Assembly: GCA_964598045.1 (NCBI GenBank)
Contig: CAZRAS010000001.1
Coordinates: 1 to 31,193, forward strand
DNA from: an uncultured Clostridia bacterium
Lineage (GTDB): Bacteria; Bacillota; Clostridia; Christensenellales; Borkfalkiaceae
DNA: 31,193 nucleotides
Direction of reading: 5' to 3'
Below are positions 8,608 through 16,618 of this stretch, piece after piece (position 1 is the first letter of the stretch; the number at the start of each line of letters is the position of its first letter). A program made the position numbers and the translations under genes. The notes under the pieces are model-generated. The model worked only from the letters and a program-made list of their open reading frames with translations. It was not told where the DNA came from and did not search any database.

Positions 8608-9139
8608 GTCGTTCGAGAAGCTTGATAAGCCTCGGTCGATTGAATCTTTGTAAAATCACAAAAACGCTGTCTATAAGCGCCGAACCGACAGACGTACCCA
8701 AAAACACAAAGAAAGCACCAAACGGAATGGCAAACAGGAGGGGAACAAAACTCAGCAACATGATAATCTCGTGTACGAGTTCTGCCTGACAAGTTGCCTC
8801 GACGATCTCCTCTAAGGAATGTTCTTCGAGGGAAAACGTATCGGGATGAAACGTAGGCATATATTTTTTCCACTTTTTCACCCGTAAAAAACGATAAAAT
8901 TTTTCTTCCCATCCATGCAAACGAAACCAACGTTTTTTATAATCCACGTGATTATGCAGCCGCATATCGACGCATTTCCCCACCGCCAACCGCATGAAAA
9001 GGTGATAGGAAAAGGTTCCGAACACGATACCCATGGTCAAGACGCATGCATTTTTCGTCACCCCATAGAGGACAGACAGCCCCGCTGTAAACGAAAGCAC
9101 TATTGCCGATAAAATAATCATTCTTTTCGCCATTTTCAT
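8579..9139 (-). CDS. CrtO-family (glycosyl-4,4'-diaponeurosporenoate acyltransferase-like) membrane protein
   Basis: FYRFLRVKKWK, TCQAELVH and QRFNRPRL motifs characteristic of the family; several TM segments; promoter TTGTGA-N17-TATACT at 9188-9160. Confidence 0.72.
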   Translation of the reverse strand: MKMAKRMIILSAIVLSFTAGLSVLYGVTKNACVLTMGIVFGTFSYHLFMRLAVGKCVDMRLHNHVDYKKRWFRLHGWEEKFYRFLRVKKWKKYMPTFHPDTFSLEEHSLEEIVEATCQAELVHEIIMLLSFVPLLFAIPFGAFFVFLGTSVGSALIDSVFVILQRFNRPRLIKLLERQKTRQKDSV

Positions 9140-9231
9140 CTTCCTACCTATTCCTATCTAGTATACCACACTTCCCCTCCGATCACAAGCGAATTGCCTT
9201 GCCTCGCAAAAAAAAATATATAAACAAAACC

Positions 9232-9260
9232 TTGACAAAAAATTGATATAATGATATAAT
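9232..9260 (+). promoter_or_regulatory. Consensus sigma-A promoter of tldD-tldE
   Basis: TTGACA (9232-9237), 17 nt, TATAAT (9255-9260), extended TG. Confidence 0.85.
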
Positions 9261-9295
9261 ATAATCAAAATATTAAATCATAGGAGTGAATGCTT

Positions 9296-10699
9296 ATGGC
9301 TTTTTCTACATTTTTAGACAGCAAGCGCGGAGAAATTAAGCAGCTCATCGCTGAGTTGTCCCCCTATTTTTCCTACGTGAGCGTGTTAGCAACGGACGTA
9401 AAGTCCTCACAAGTAATGGCAAATCGAATGAACTCCGCCATCAACGAAGGCTCTGCAAACGAGTGCGGATTCGTAGTGAAGATGAATGACGGACGGAGCT
9501 TTTTCGAATATTCCACCGACGACATCGGCGGAGACAAGAAAGCGCTCGCACAGGAAATTTTGCATTCTTTGGAAATCAACCCCGTCCTTCAAAAGGACAT
9601 GATCGAGGTAAATCCCATTGCGGACGAACCCCTGGTGCAATCCTTTGAACGCCCCTGCGATTTCGACGATTATCCCACGGAACAACTCATCGACTACTGC
9701 AAAGACGTCAAAGATAAACTTCTTTCTATGGATCAAGGAGTGGTAAACGCGATCTGTTCGCTGAACTATTTCACCGTTTCCAAGCTCTTTATTTCCAACA
9801 ATAAAGAGCTTGACCAGTTTTACAGCTGGGCAAACGCTTTTGCCGTAGTCGTATATAAAAACGGCGATAAGATGGTGCAAGCGCGCGAGGGGAGCTATTC
9901 CAATCTTATGAGCGAAACTTTGGACGCACTGCCCGCGTTGCTCGAAAAGCTGGTGACGAAAGCAAAGAAGCTCACCACCGCAAAGCCTATCGAACCGGGC
10001 GTATACGACTGCATCACCGACCCGTCCATCACGGGATTGATCGCACACGAAGCATTCGGACACGGCGTGGAAATGGATCAGTTCGTCAAAGATCGCGCGC
10101 TCGCCAAAGAATACGTAGGCAAATACGTTGCCTCCCCCATCTGCAATATGCACGACGGCGCGGCAGCGGCTTTCTCCACCGCCTCTTATTTCTTCGACGA
10201 CGACGGCGTGTTGGCACAGGATACCCAAATCATCAAGGACGGCATTCTCGTCAACGGTATCAGCGACCTCACCAGCGCAAGCGAACTGAAAACAACGCCT
10301 ACTGGCAACGGAAGAAGACAGAGCTACAAACGTAAGGCATACGCTCGTATGACCAACACCTTCTTTGAAAAAGGAAAAGATAAACTCGAAGACATGATCG
10401 CCTCTATCAAGCACGGCTATATGCTTTTCGAAACAAACAACGGCATGGAAGATCCCAAAAATTGGCAAATTCAATGTACGGCGGAATACGGCATCGAAAT
10501 TATCGACGGAAAACTGACGGACAATTACGTAGCGCCCGTGGTCATGAGCGGCTACGTTCCCGACGTGTTAAAATCCATCTCCATGATCTCCGACGATTTC
10601 AAAGTAATCGGTGCGGGGAGCTGCGGAAAAGGCTACAAAGAATGGGTGAGAGTATCAGACGGAGGGCCCGCACTTAAAGTTCGGGTTAAATTGGCGTAA
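9296..10699 (+). CDS. tldD: TldD metalloprotease (catalytic subunit)
   Basis: HEAFGH zinc motif, GNGRRQSY, RMTNT, C-terminal GSCGKG. ATG 9296 is best spaced from SD AGGAG (9282-9286). Confidence 0.9.
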   Translation: MAFSTFLDSKRGEIKQLIAELSPYFSYVSVLATDVKSSQVMANRMNSAINEGSANECGFVVKMNDGRSFFEYSTDDIGGDKKALAQEILHSLEINPVLQKDMIEVNPIADEPLVQSFERPCDFDDYPTEQLIDYCKDVKDKLLSMDQGVVNAICSLNYFTVSKLFISNNKELDQFYSWANAFAVVVYKNGDKMVQAREGSYSNLMSETLDALPALLEKLVTKAKKLTTAKPIEPGVYDCITDPSITGLIAHEAFGHGVEMDQFVKDRALAKEYVGKYVASPICNMHDGAAAAFSTASYFFDDDGVLAQDTQIIKDGILVNGISDLTSASELKTTPTGNGRRQSYKRKAYARMTNTFFEKGKDKLEDMIASIKHGYMLFETNNGMEDPKNWQIQCTAEYGIEIIDGKLTDNYVAPVVMSGYVPDVLKSISMISDDFKVIGAGSCGKGYKEWVRVSDGGPALKVRVKLA

Positions 10700-11970
10700 T
10701 GAAAAAAATTATCGAGATCATCAAAGAATACAACGAAATCAGTGATTACAAAATCACGCAGGTAGGCACGCAATCATACGAACTTTTCTTCGTACACACC
10801 GACCTCGAAACGGTGCGCAGCACTTACACGACGGCCAAGAAGGTGACCGTCTACGTCGATCACGACGGCAAACGCGGCGACAGCACGTTCTGCGTGTATG
10901 CCTCCACGACGGAAGAAGAAATTCACCACAAGATCGAGCTTGCCATTCAGCGAGCAAAGCTCGTCAACAATCAAAGCTATACCCTGCCCGAAAACGAGAC
11001 GCTCAACGAAACGATCGAATCCAACATGAGTGCCTATGCACCCAAAGACCTGGCACACGAGATCGCAAAAGCTTGTTTTGCGGCAAACGAGGAAGAACAC
11101 GGTTCCATCAACGCTTTGGAAATTTTCGTAAAAAAGATCTCCGTACGAATCGTCAACAGTCGCGGCGTGGATAAACAAGAACACAAATACAATGCCATGG
11201 TGGAAGCGATCCCCACTTGGACGGAAAACAAAGAATCGGTGGAACTGTACGAATGTTACAACTTCTCCTCTTTCGATCACGAAACCGTCAAGGCGGAAAT
11301 TCGAGAAAAAATGCAGGAAGTGAAGGACAGATATTTCGCGACAAAGCCCGCGCTCAACCCCACCTGCCCCGTAATTTTGAATGCGCCCGAAATCGGAGAA
11401 CTGCTTTGGGAGCTTGTTTCCCAACTCAATTACGCAACGGTCTACTCCCACTCCAACGCATTTAAGAAAGGAGACGTTTTGCAGGATTCGAACTGCGACA
11501 AACTGTCCGTCACCATGCGCGGCAAAATCGAAGGCGGCAGAGACAACGCCCTGTTTGACGGCGACGGCGTCACCCTCCTCGACACGAAAGTCATCGAAGA
11601 CGGCAAGGTAAGCAACTATTACGGCTCCAACCGTTTCGGACAATACTTAGGTGAAAAAGTCACGGGAAACCCGAGCTGTCTGCAATTGGAAAAAGGAAGC
11701 GTTTCGGTGGCTGAAATGCAAAGCAAACCCTATTTCGAATGTGTTTCCATGTCCGGTTTGCAAGTGGACGTCTACAACGATTACATCGGAGGCGAAGTAC
11801 GTCTTGCCTACTATTTCGACGGCGAAAAACGCATTCCGTTGACAGGAATTTCCATCAGCGGTAAACTTTCCGAAGCACTCAATCACCTGACTTTGAGCAC
11901 GGAAGAAAAAACGCATAACTACTATCGCGGACCGCAAAAAGCTCTTTTCGAAAAAATCAGCATTATTTAA
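10699..11970 (+). CDS. tldE: TldE/PmbA-like non-catalytic partner
   Basis: TAATG-coupled to tldD; FDGDGV motif, no HExxH, TldD/PmbA-like C-terminus. Confidence 0.8.
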   Translation: MKKIIEIIKEYNEISDYKITQVGTQSYELFFVHTDLETVRSTYTTAKKVTVYVDHDGKRGDSTFCVYASTTEEEIHHKIELAIQRAKLVNNQSYTLPENETLNETIESNMSAYAPKDLAHEIAKACFAANEEEHGSINALEIFVKKISVRIVNSRGVDKQEHKYNAMVEAIPTWTENKESVELYECYNFSSFDHETVKAEIREKMQEVKDRYFATKPALNPTCPVILNAPEIGELLWELVSQLNYATVYSHSNAFKKGDVLQDSNCDKLSVTMRGKIEGGRDNALFDGDGVTLLDTKVIEDGKVSNYYGSNRFGQYLGEKVTGNPSCLQLEKGSVSVAEMQSKPYFECVSMSGLQVDVYNDYIGGEVRLAYYFDGEKRIPLTGISISGKLSEALNHLTLSTEEKTHNYYRGPQKALFEKISII

Positions 11971-11997
11971 TCTTGCTTGAAATTTTTGTTAAACCTA

Positions 11998-12029
11998 TTG
12001 ACAAGAAAATATTTTTATAGTATACTATA
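11998..12029 (+). promoter_or_regulatory. sigma-A promoter with a 14-bp palindrome over the -10
   Basis: TTGACA (11998-12003), 17 nt, TATACT (12021-12026); TATAGTATACTATA palindrome at 12016-12029. Confidence 0.7.
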
Positions 12030-12115
12030 AGAAAATAAAAAAGTACTTCTCTCTCCCCCTCACTGCAAAAGCTTGTAATGGGGAGGGGGAGAAATATAGT
12101 AAAGGAGTAAAAAAA

Positions 12116-12745
12116 ATGAAACACGCAAAAACTCTTATCGAGGCCATCTTTTGGTTCATCATTGCCGCAACTGTAGGACAACTCGTTTGGGCGATTCTGT
12201 ATATGATCATTTATCATCAGAACGCCTACGGAAGCCTTCCACTCAATATCGTTGCCTACGGATTGCCAATACTCCTCTCCGCTTGGGCATGCCGCGAATG
12301 GAAAAAGGAACAACCTCGTTGGCATACGGAAGATAACGTGTTGGGTGGATTGTTGACAGCAAGCTTTGTTGCTATGGTCATTCACGTCACCGTCGAAGCG
12401 TTTCTTTCGGATATTATAAACAGTTATTTCAATCTCCCTCTTATCTACACAATCCCCATCGCTCTCTTGGGGTTAGCTTGGTGGATGATAAGAATGAAAC
12501 CAACGGCAGATACCGATCGACTCGGAAAAATTTTATTTGCATTGCCGCCTCTTGCAATATGTGCCATGATTGTGCATTGTTCCATCGCTTGCATTATCGA
12601 GCTTTTTAGAGAGCCTTTCACCACAAGCTTCCCTTGGTGGACAATGCCTCTGCTTATCGGCTTGATTTATCTTGTCGCTACCCTGTTGCTTTTGATCCCC
12701 TATTTGGTTTACACCGCCATTCAAAAGCGTAAAAACGCAAACTAA
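12116..12745 (+). CDS. Hypothetical multi-pass membrane protein
   Basis: About six hydrophobic helices; SD AAGGAG; own promoter. Confidence 0.8.
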   Translation: MKHAKTLIEAIFWFIIAATVGQLVWAILYMIIYHQNAYGSLPLNIVAYGLPILLSAWACREWKKEQPRWHTEDNVLGGLLTASFVAMVIHVTVEAFLSDIINSYFNLPLIYTIPIALLGLAWWMIRMKPTADTDRLGKILFALPPLAICAMIVHCSIACIIELFREPFTTSFPWWTMPLLIGLIYLVATLLLLIPYLVYTAIQKRKNAN

Positions 12746-12882
12746 CCGTTTGGTTGACAGAAAATCAACAAGCAGTTGACACAACTAAACAAATAGTCGC
12801 TGTTCTTTCGTCTATCCTTGTGTTATAATGGTATCACAATGAAAGTCCGTTCATTGACTATTAAAAAAGGAGAACTCGTAAC

Positions 12883-13377
12883 ATGAGCGAAAGTTTAGGA
12901 CAAAGATTACAAAAGTTTAGAAAAAGAGCAAATCTCACGCAGGAAGACGTGGCAACAAAGCTGAACATCACGCCGCAAGCCGTTTCCAAATGGGAAAACG
13001 ACGTTTCCGCCCCCGACATTTCTTTATTATCGGAGCTTGCCGATACGTACGGCGTCACCGTAGACGAATTGTTGGGCAGACAACCGCAGACGATGTATTT
13101 ACCCGAAGGGCAAACCAAACCGCTTGAAAGTTTGATGTTAAAAATCAAAGTATTGAGCAGCGACGGCGACAAAGTAAACGTCAATCTCCCCTTGGCACTT
13201 GTAAAAATGTTTACCCAAAACGGCATAGACATACCACAACCACAGATCAACAACAGCGACGTACTGAAAAATCTCGATTTTAATCAGATTTTATTGCTGT
13301 GCGAACAAGGTCTACTCGGCAAAATCGTAGACGTGGAATCCGCCGACGGCGATCTCGTGGAAGTTTGGGTGGAATAA
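12883..13377 (+). CDS. XRE (Cro/C1) HTH regulator fused to a C-terminal SHOCT-like/YvlB-type domain
   Basis: LTQEDVATKLNITPQAVSKWENDVSAPDI HTH; C-terminal LKIKV..DGDKVNVNLPLAL..IVDVESADGDLVEVWVE. Extended -10 TGtTATAAT at 12821-12829. Confidence 0.85.
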   Translation: MSESLGQRLQKFRKRANLTQEDVATKLNITPQAVSKWENDVSAPDISLLSELADTYGVTVDELLGRQPQTMYLPEGQTKPLESLMLKIKVLSSDGDKVNVNLPLALVKMFTQNGIDIPQPQINNSDVLKNLDFNQILLLCEQGLLGKIVDVESADGDLVEVWVE

Positions 13378-13733
13378 TGAACATTCAAATTCAAGAAAAG
13401 AGAAAGACCATTCTCAATCTATGGCTGCCGAACTTATTGCTGACAAGCAAATTTGCGACAAAAATGTTTCTCAAAGCAACCCGTCCATCCAAAGAAAATA
13501 TTCAAATGGCGCAAGCGAACCCGGAAATCATAGATCCGTCGTTGAAGGAGCAGATCAAACAGCAGAGCAAAGCAGACGTAAAGGCACTTAAAGACACGGC
13601 GAACTTCTCTCAAGAAGAAATTCAAAATGCACGAGCGTGCATGGCGACGTTGAAAAAATACATCAAAAAGCACGGACACTTCACCCTTGTGGAAGTCCAC
13701 TCCGCCGATACCTACGTACGTATCCGCGTATAA
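13377..13733 (+). CDS. Small protein resembling the SHOCT-like domain of the upstream regulator
   Basis: Starts at the TAATG overlap (MNIQIQEKR..LWLPNLLL..FTLVEVHSADTYVRIRV), 118 aa; followed by a terminator. Confidence 0.78.
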   Translation: MNIQIQEKRKTILNLWLPNLLLTSKFATKMFLKATRPSKENIQMAQANPEIIDPSLKEQIKQQSKADVKALKDTANFSQEEIQNARACMATLKKYIKKHGHFTLVEVHSADTYVRIRV

Positions 13734-13760
13734 CAATCACGCCTATTCCCTTACGAACGA

Positions 13761-13794
13761 AAACGTCCGACGTTGATCCGTCGGGCGTTTTTTT
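13761..13794 (+). terminator. Intrinsic terminator
   Basis: AAACGTCCGACG-ttgatc-CGTCGGGCGTTT plus T-tract. Confidence 0.85.
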
Positions 13795-13840
13795 GCGGAA
13801 TTTTATAAAGCAAAAAATGATTTTTTTCCTTTTCAAATCG

Positions 13841-13869
13841 TTGACTTTTCATCTTTTCCGTGCTATAAT
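13841..13869 (+). promoter_or_regulatory. sigma-A promoter of mgtE
   Basis: TTGACT-N17-TATAAT with extended TG; about 265 nt of leader before mgtE. Confidence 0.85.
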
Positions 13870-13875
13870 AAAGAA

Positions 13876-14090
13876 AAATTAAGCAAACAAGGAGGTGAAC
13901 GTAATGGCGAGTGGCGACAATCCCGGGGCAAGTGGACGATTATGCAGAGATCTATTCAAGATGAGAACGTCGGCGACTCTTTGCCGTTTACGTTCCATAT
14001 AGCAGACTGACGCGAGCAAAACAGGCTCGCCAATATCTCTATACTCTGAAAACATCCGTATTGCCTCACGCACTACGGTATTTTTATGCC
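13876..14090 (+). promoter_or_regulatory. Structured 5' leader/attenuator of mgtE (candidate Mg2+-responsive element, not M-box)
   Basis: Three-way junction (13946-51/14035-40 closing hairpins 13961-98 and 14012-30), terminator-like hairpin 14056-78 plus T-tract, competing helix 13925-36/14055-67. Confidence 0.6.
13904..14002 (+). CDS. Putative leader peptide MASGDNPGASGRLCRDLFKMRTSATLCRLRSI
   Basis: Perfect 10-nt SD AAGGAGGTGA (13889-13898), 5 nt before ATG, just downstream of the promoter. Confidence 0.5.
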   Translation: MASGDNPGASGRLCRDLFKMRTSATLCRLRSI

Positions 14091-14140
14091 CATTTGTTCC
14101 TTCTACACAATGAACAATCAACGAAAAGGAGGACAAAAAC

Positions 14141-15565
14141 ATGGAAAACAAAGAACTTATCACAACGGAAAATGTGGCGGTAAAACCCGATTACACCGCC
14201 GAAATCGTGGCACTCATTCAAAGAAACGACACTCCGAAAACGATTCTGACCAAGCTGGAAGATTATCACGGTAACGATATTGCCGACGCACTTGACAGGC
14301 TGACGCTCGGAGAAAGAAAAAAATTCTATCGGGTGTGCAACGTGGAATTGCTTGCAGACGTGTTCGAATACATCGAGGCTGCGCAAGCCGGCACTTACCT
14401 CCGTGAAATGGAGATCAAAAAAGCGGTGTCGATTATCGCAAAGCTGGACACGGATACGGCGCTCGAAACGCTGAGAGCCATTGAAAAGGAAAAGCGTGCG
14501 TTGATGATCGATATGCTCCCCGACGAGATCCAAAAAGAGATCCGCATCATCGCTTCCTTCGACGAGGAGGAGATCGGGAGCAGAATGACCACGAATTGCA
14601 TCGTCATTCACGAAGGCATGACGGTGAAACAGGCAATGAACGAACTGATTCGACAGGCGGAAGACAACGACAACATCTCCACTCTTTTCGTCGTAGACGA
14701 GGAAAATGAATTTTGCGGCGCCATCGATCTCAAAGACTTGATCACCGCAAGAAGCAGCACGCCATTAGAAGAGCTGATCGCAAGCTCCTTCCCCTACGTA
14801 TACGCAAACGAACAAGTTTCCGATTGCATCGAAAAATTGAAAGACTATTCCGAAAGCATTATTCCCGTCCTCGACGACTCCAACAAATTGCTCGGAGTTA
14901 TCACCTCGCAAAACATTATCGAGGCAGTAGACGATGAAATGGGCGACGATTACGCAAAGCTGGCAGGTTTGACAGCAGAAGAAGACATCAACGAAACTTT
15001 GCCGCAAAGCATTAAAAAGAGAATCCCGTGGCTTATCGTCTTGCTCGGACTCGGCATTCTCGTTTCCGCCGTCGTGGGGGCATTTGAAAAGGTAGTGGAA
15101 CAGCTCACCATTATCATGGCATTCCAATCCTTGATTTTGGACATGGCAGGCAACGTCGGTACACAATCCCTTGCCGTCACGATTCGCGTGCTGACCAACG
15201 AACATCTTTCCTTGCAACAGAAATTCAAACTCGTTTTCAAAGAAGTCCGCATCGGTTTGTGCAACGGCGTATTTTTGGGCGGGATTTCTTTCGGCTTAAT
15301 AGGACTGTATATACTCCTGTTCAAAAGCAAAACGGCACTCTTTGCCTTTTCCGTCTCGGGCTGTATCAGCCTCTCCCTCCTTCTTGCCATGCTGATCGCA
15401 AGCGCAGTGGGCACGCTGATCCCCCTTTTCTTCAAAAAGATCAAGGTAGATCCTGCCGTAGCCTCCGGACCGCTGATCACCACGATCATCGATCTCGTCG
15501 CCGTCGTCACCTATTACGGCATGAGCTGGCTCTTTTTGATCAATCTCTTACACTTAGCCGCATAA
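14141..15565 (+). CDS. mgtE: Magnesium transporter MgtE
   Basis: N-domain, tandem CBS domains, KKRIPWL, DMAGNVGTQS, DPAVASGPLITTIID; SD AAAGGAGG. Confidence 0.95.
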   Translation: MENKELITTENVAVKPDYTAEIVALIQRNDTPKTILTKLEDYHGNDIADALDRLTLGERKKFYRVCNVELLADVFEYIEAAQAGTYLREMEIKKAVSIIAKLDTDTALETLRAIEKEKRALMIDMLPDEIQKEIRIIASFDEEEIGSRMTTNCIVIHEGMTVKQAMNELIRQAEDNDNISTLFVVDEENEFCGAIDLKDLITARSSTPLEELIASSFPYVYANEQVSDCIEKLKDYSESIIPVLDDSNKLLGVITSQNIIEAVDDEMGDDYAKLAGLTAEEDINETLPQSIKKRIPWLIVLLGLGILVSAVVGAFEKVVEQLTIIMAFQSLILDMAGNVGTQSLAVTIRVLTNEHLSLQQKFKLVFKEVRIGLCNGVFLGGISFGLIGLYILLFKSKTALFAFSVSGCISLSLLLAMLIASAVGTLIPLFFKKIKVDPAVASGPLITTIIDLVAVVTYYGMSWLFLINLLHLAA

Positions 15566-15573
15566 TTTTTTTC

Positions 15574-15601
15574 GAATGAGTTCCCCACACGGAACTCATT
15601 C
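15574..15601. repeat. 11-bp perfect inverted repeat between convergent mgtE and pnuC (possible terminator, no adjacent U-tract)
   Basis: GAATGAGTTCC-ccacac-GGAACTCATTC. Confidence 0.5.
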
Positions 15602-15666
15602 ATCTTATACATACCCCCTTCGTTTTATAAAAACCTTTATACGTGCAAAAACAAACGGACAATCCC

Positions 15667-16353
15667 TTATGATTCGGATTGTCTGTTTTTCATACGTTTC
15701 CAACTGAGATACCCGTAAAGATCATTCAACAAAAACACGACGAAACAAACGACCACGGAAAGATAACGAATCTCGGAAACGCTCGCCAACGTCCATAACA
15801 CGATCAAAACGACGTCATTCGCAGCATACGCCAACGCATACGTCGGAGAACGGCGAAACGTGAGATAGACGGCAAGAAAACTCGTAGTCACCGAGACGGT
15901 ACTCGGAAAAATATTCGCCGTATCGAACGCTTTCAAAATGAAATAGAACACCGCCGTCACCACGGCTGTCAGAAGATACATCGCCACGCGTTCCCCCTTG
16001 CCGATCGTGTTCACTTTCACCTCCGCCTTATTCCCTTGATAGGGATTTTTCAGCCAAGATACCAACGCAAAAATCGCCATCGGCATCGTCATTCCGAGAT
16101 AGGTAAACATCTCCCCGTAATAGGCAAACGTGTAAGAAATAATGCCGTACAACAAACTAAACGCAATCATGAGCGCCTGTCCGATCGGATTGCCTTTTGC
16201 ATTAAAAATGAGCGACGTCACCCCGACGAGCGAGGCAATCAGCGTTATGTAACTTTCACGATCGAAAAGACAAAAAGACAAAACAATCGCAAGAACAGAT
16301 ATCGACCATAAAATCAGCTCCTGTTTCGAGAAATAGGCAAATAATTTTTTCAT
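15667..16353 (-). CDS. pnuC: PnuC-family (nicotinamide riboside/vitamin) transporter
   Basis: Seven to eight TM helices, LIFNAKGNPIGQ, YYGEMFTY, YAANDVVLIVLW, LYGYLSW. Start ATG 16353 after GGAAG. Confidence 0.85.
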   Translation of the reverse strand: MKKLFAYFSKQELILWSISVLAIVLSFCLFDRESYITLIASLVGVTSLIFNAKGNPIGQALMIAFSLLYGIISYTFAYYGEMFTYLGMTMPMAIFALVSWLKNPYQGNKAEVKVNTIGKGERVAMYLLTAVVTAVFYFILKAFDTANIFPSTVSVTTSFLAVYLTFRRSPTYALAYAANDVVLIVLWTLASVSEIRYLSVVVCFVVFLLNDLYGYLSWKRMKNRQSES

Positions 16354-16363
16354 AGAAACTTCC

Positions 16364-16460
16364 AAAAAAATAAGCATCCGCATACACATCTTCCAAGACC
16401 TAACGATGTGTAAACGAATGCAAACGCATTATGCTACCCGGTGGCAACCATTCATTTTAT
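16364..16460 (-). promoter_or_regulatory. Attenuator/riboswitch-like leader of pnuC
   Basis: About 16-bp terminator (16421-16374) plus U-tract (16373-16364) right before the SD; competing 9-bp helix 16457-49/16420-12 enclosing hairpin GUUGCC-ACCG-GGUAGC. Confidence 0.65.
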
Positions 16461-16464
16461 AAGC

Positions 16465-16493
16465 AGTATAGCATAACAACTCGAAAATGTCAA
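16465..16493 (-). promoter_or_regulatory. sigma-A promoter of pnuC
   Basis: TTGACA-N17-TATACT with extended TG. Confidence 0.85.
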
Positions 16494-16618
16494 ACGATTT
16501 GCAATGCAAAACAGGCGAATTTCCAAACACAAAGATACACGGCGATGTCTTTATACGTCGGAAGATCGAGGAAGACATGACGTCCTCCTCCGAATTTCTT
16601 CCGTTGCCTTATAAGCCT

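Noticed and set aside
9296-12745. TldDE as part of a RiPP (microcin-like) biosynthetic cluster
   Set aside because: No precursor peptide, YcaO or other modification gene nearby; tldDE looks housekeeping.
13876-14090. Annotation as M-box (ykoK), NiCo, yybP-ykoY or ZTP riboswitch
   Set aside because: The conserved cores of these classes were not recognisable by eye; reported as an unclassified leader pending cmscan.
16364-16430. Annotation as an NAD+-II riboswitch because it precedes pnuC
   Set aside because: Only superficial GCGUU..GCUUA similarity; here those strands form a terminator with a U-tract rather than the A-rich, RBS-occluding tail of that class.
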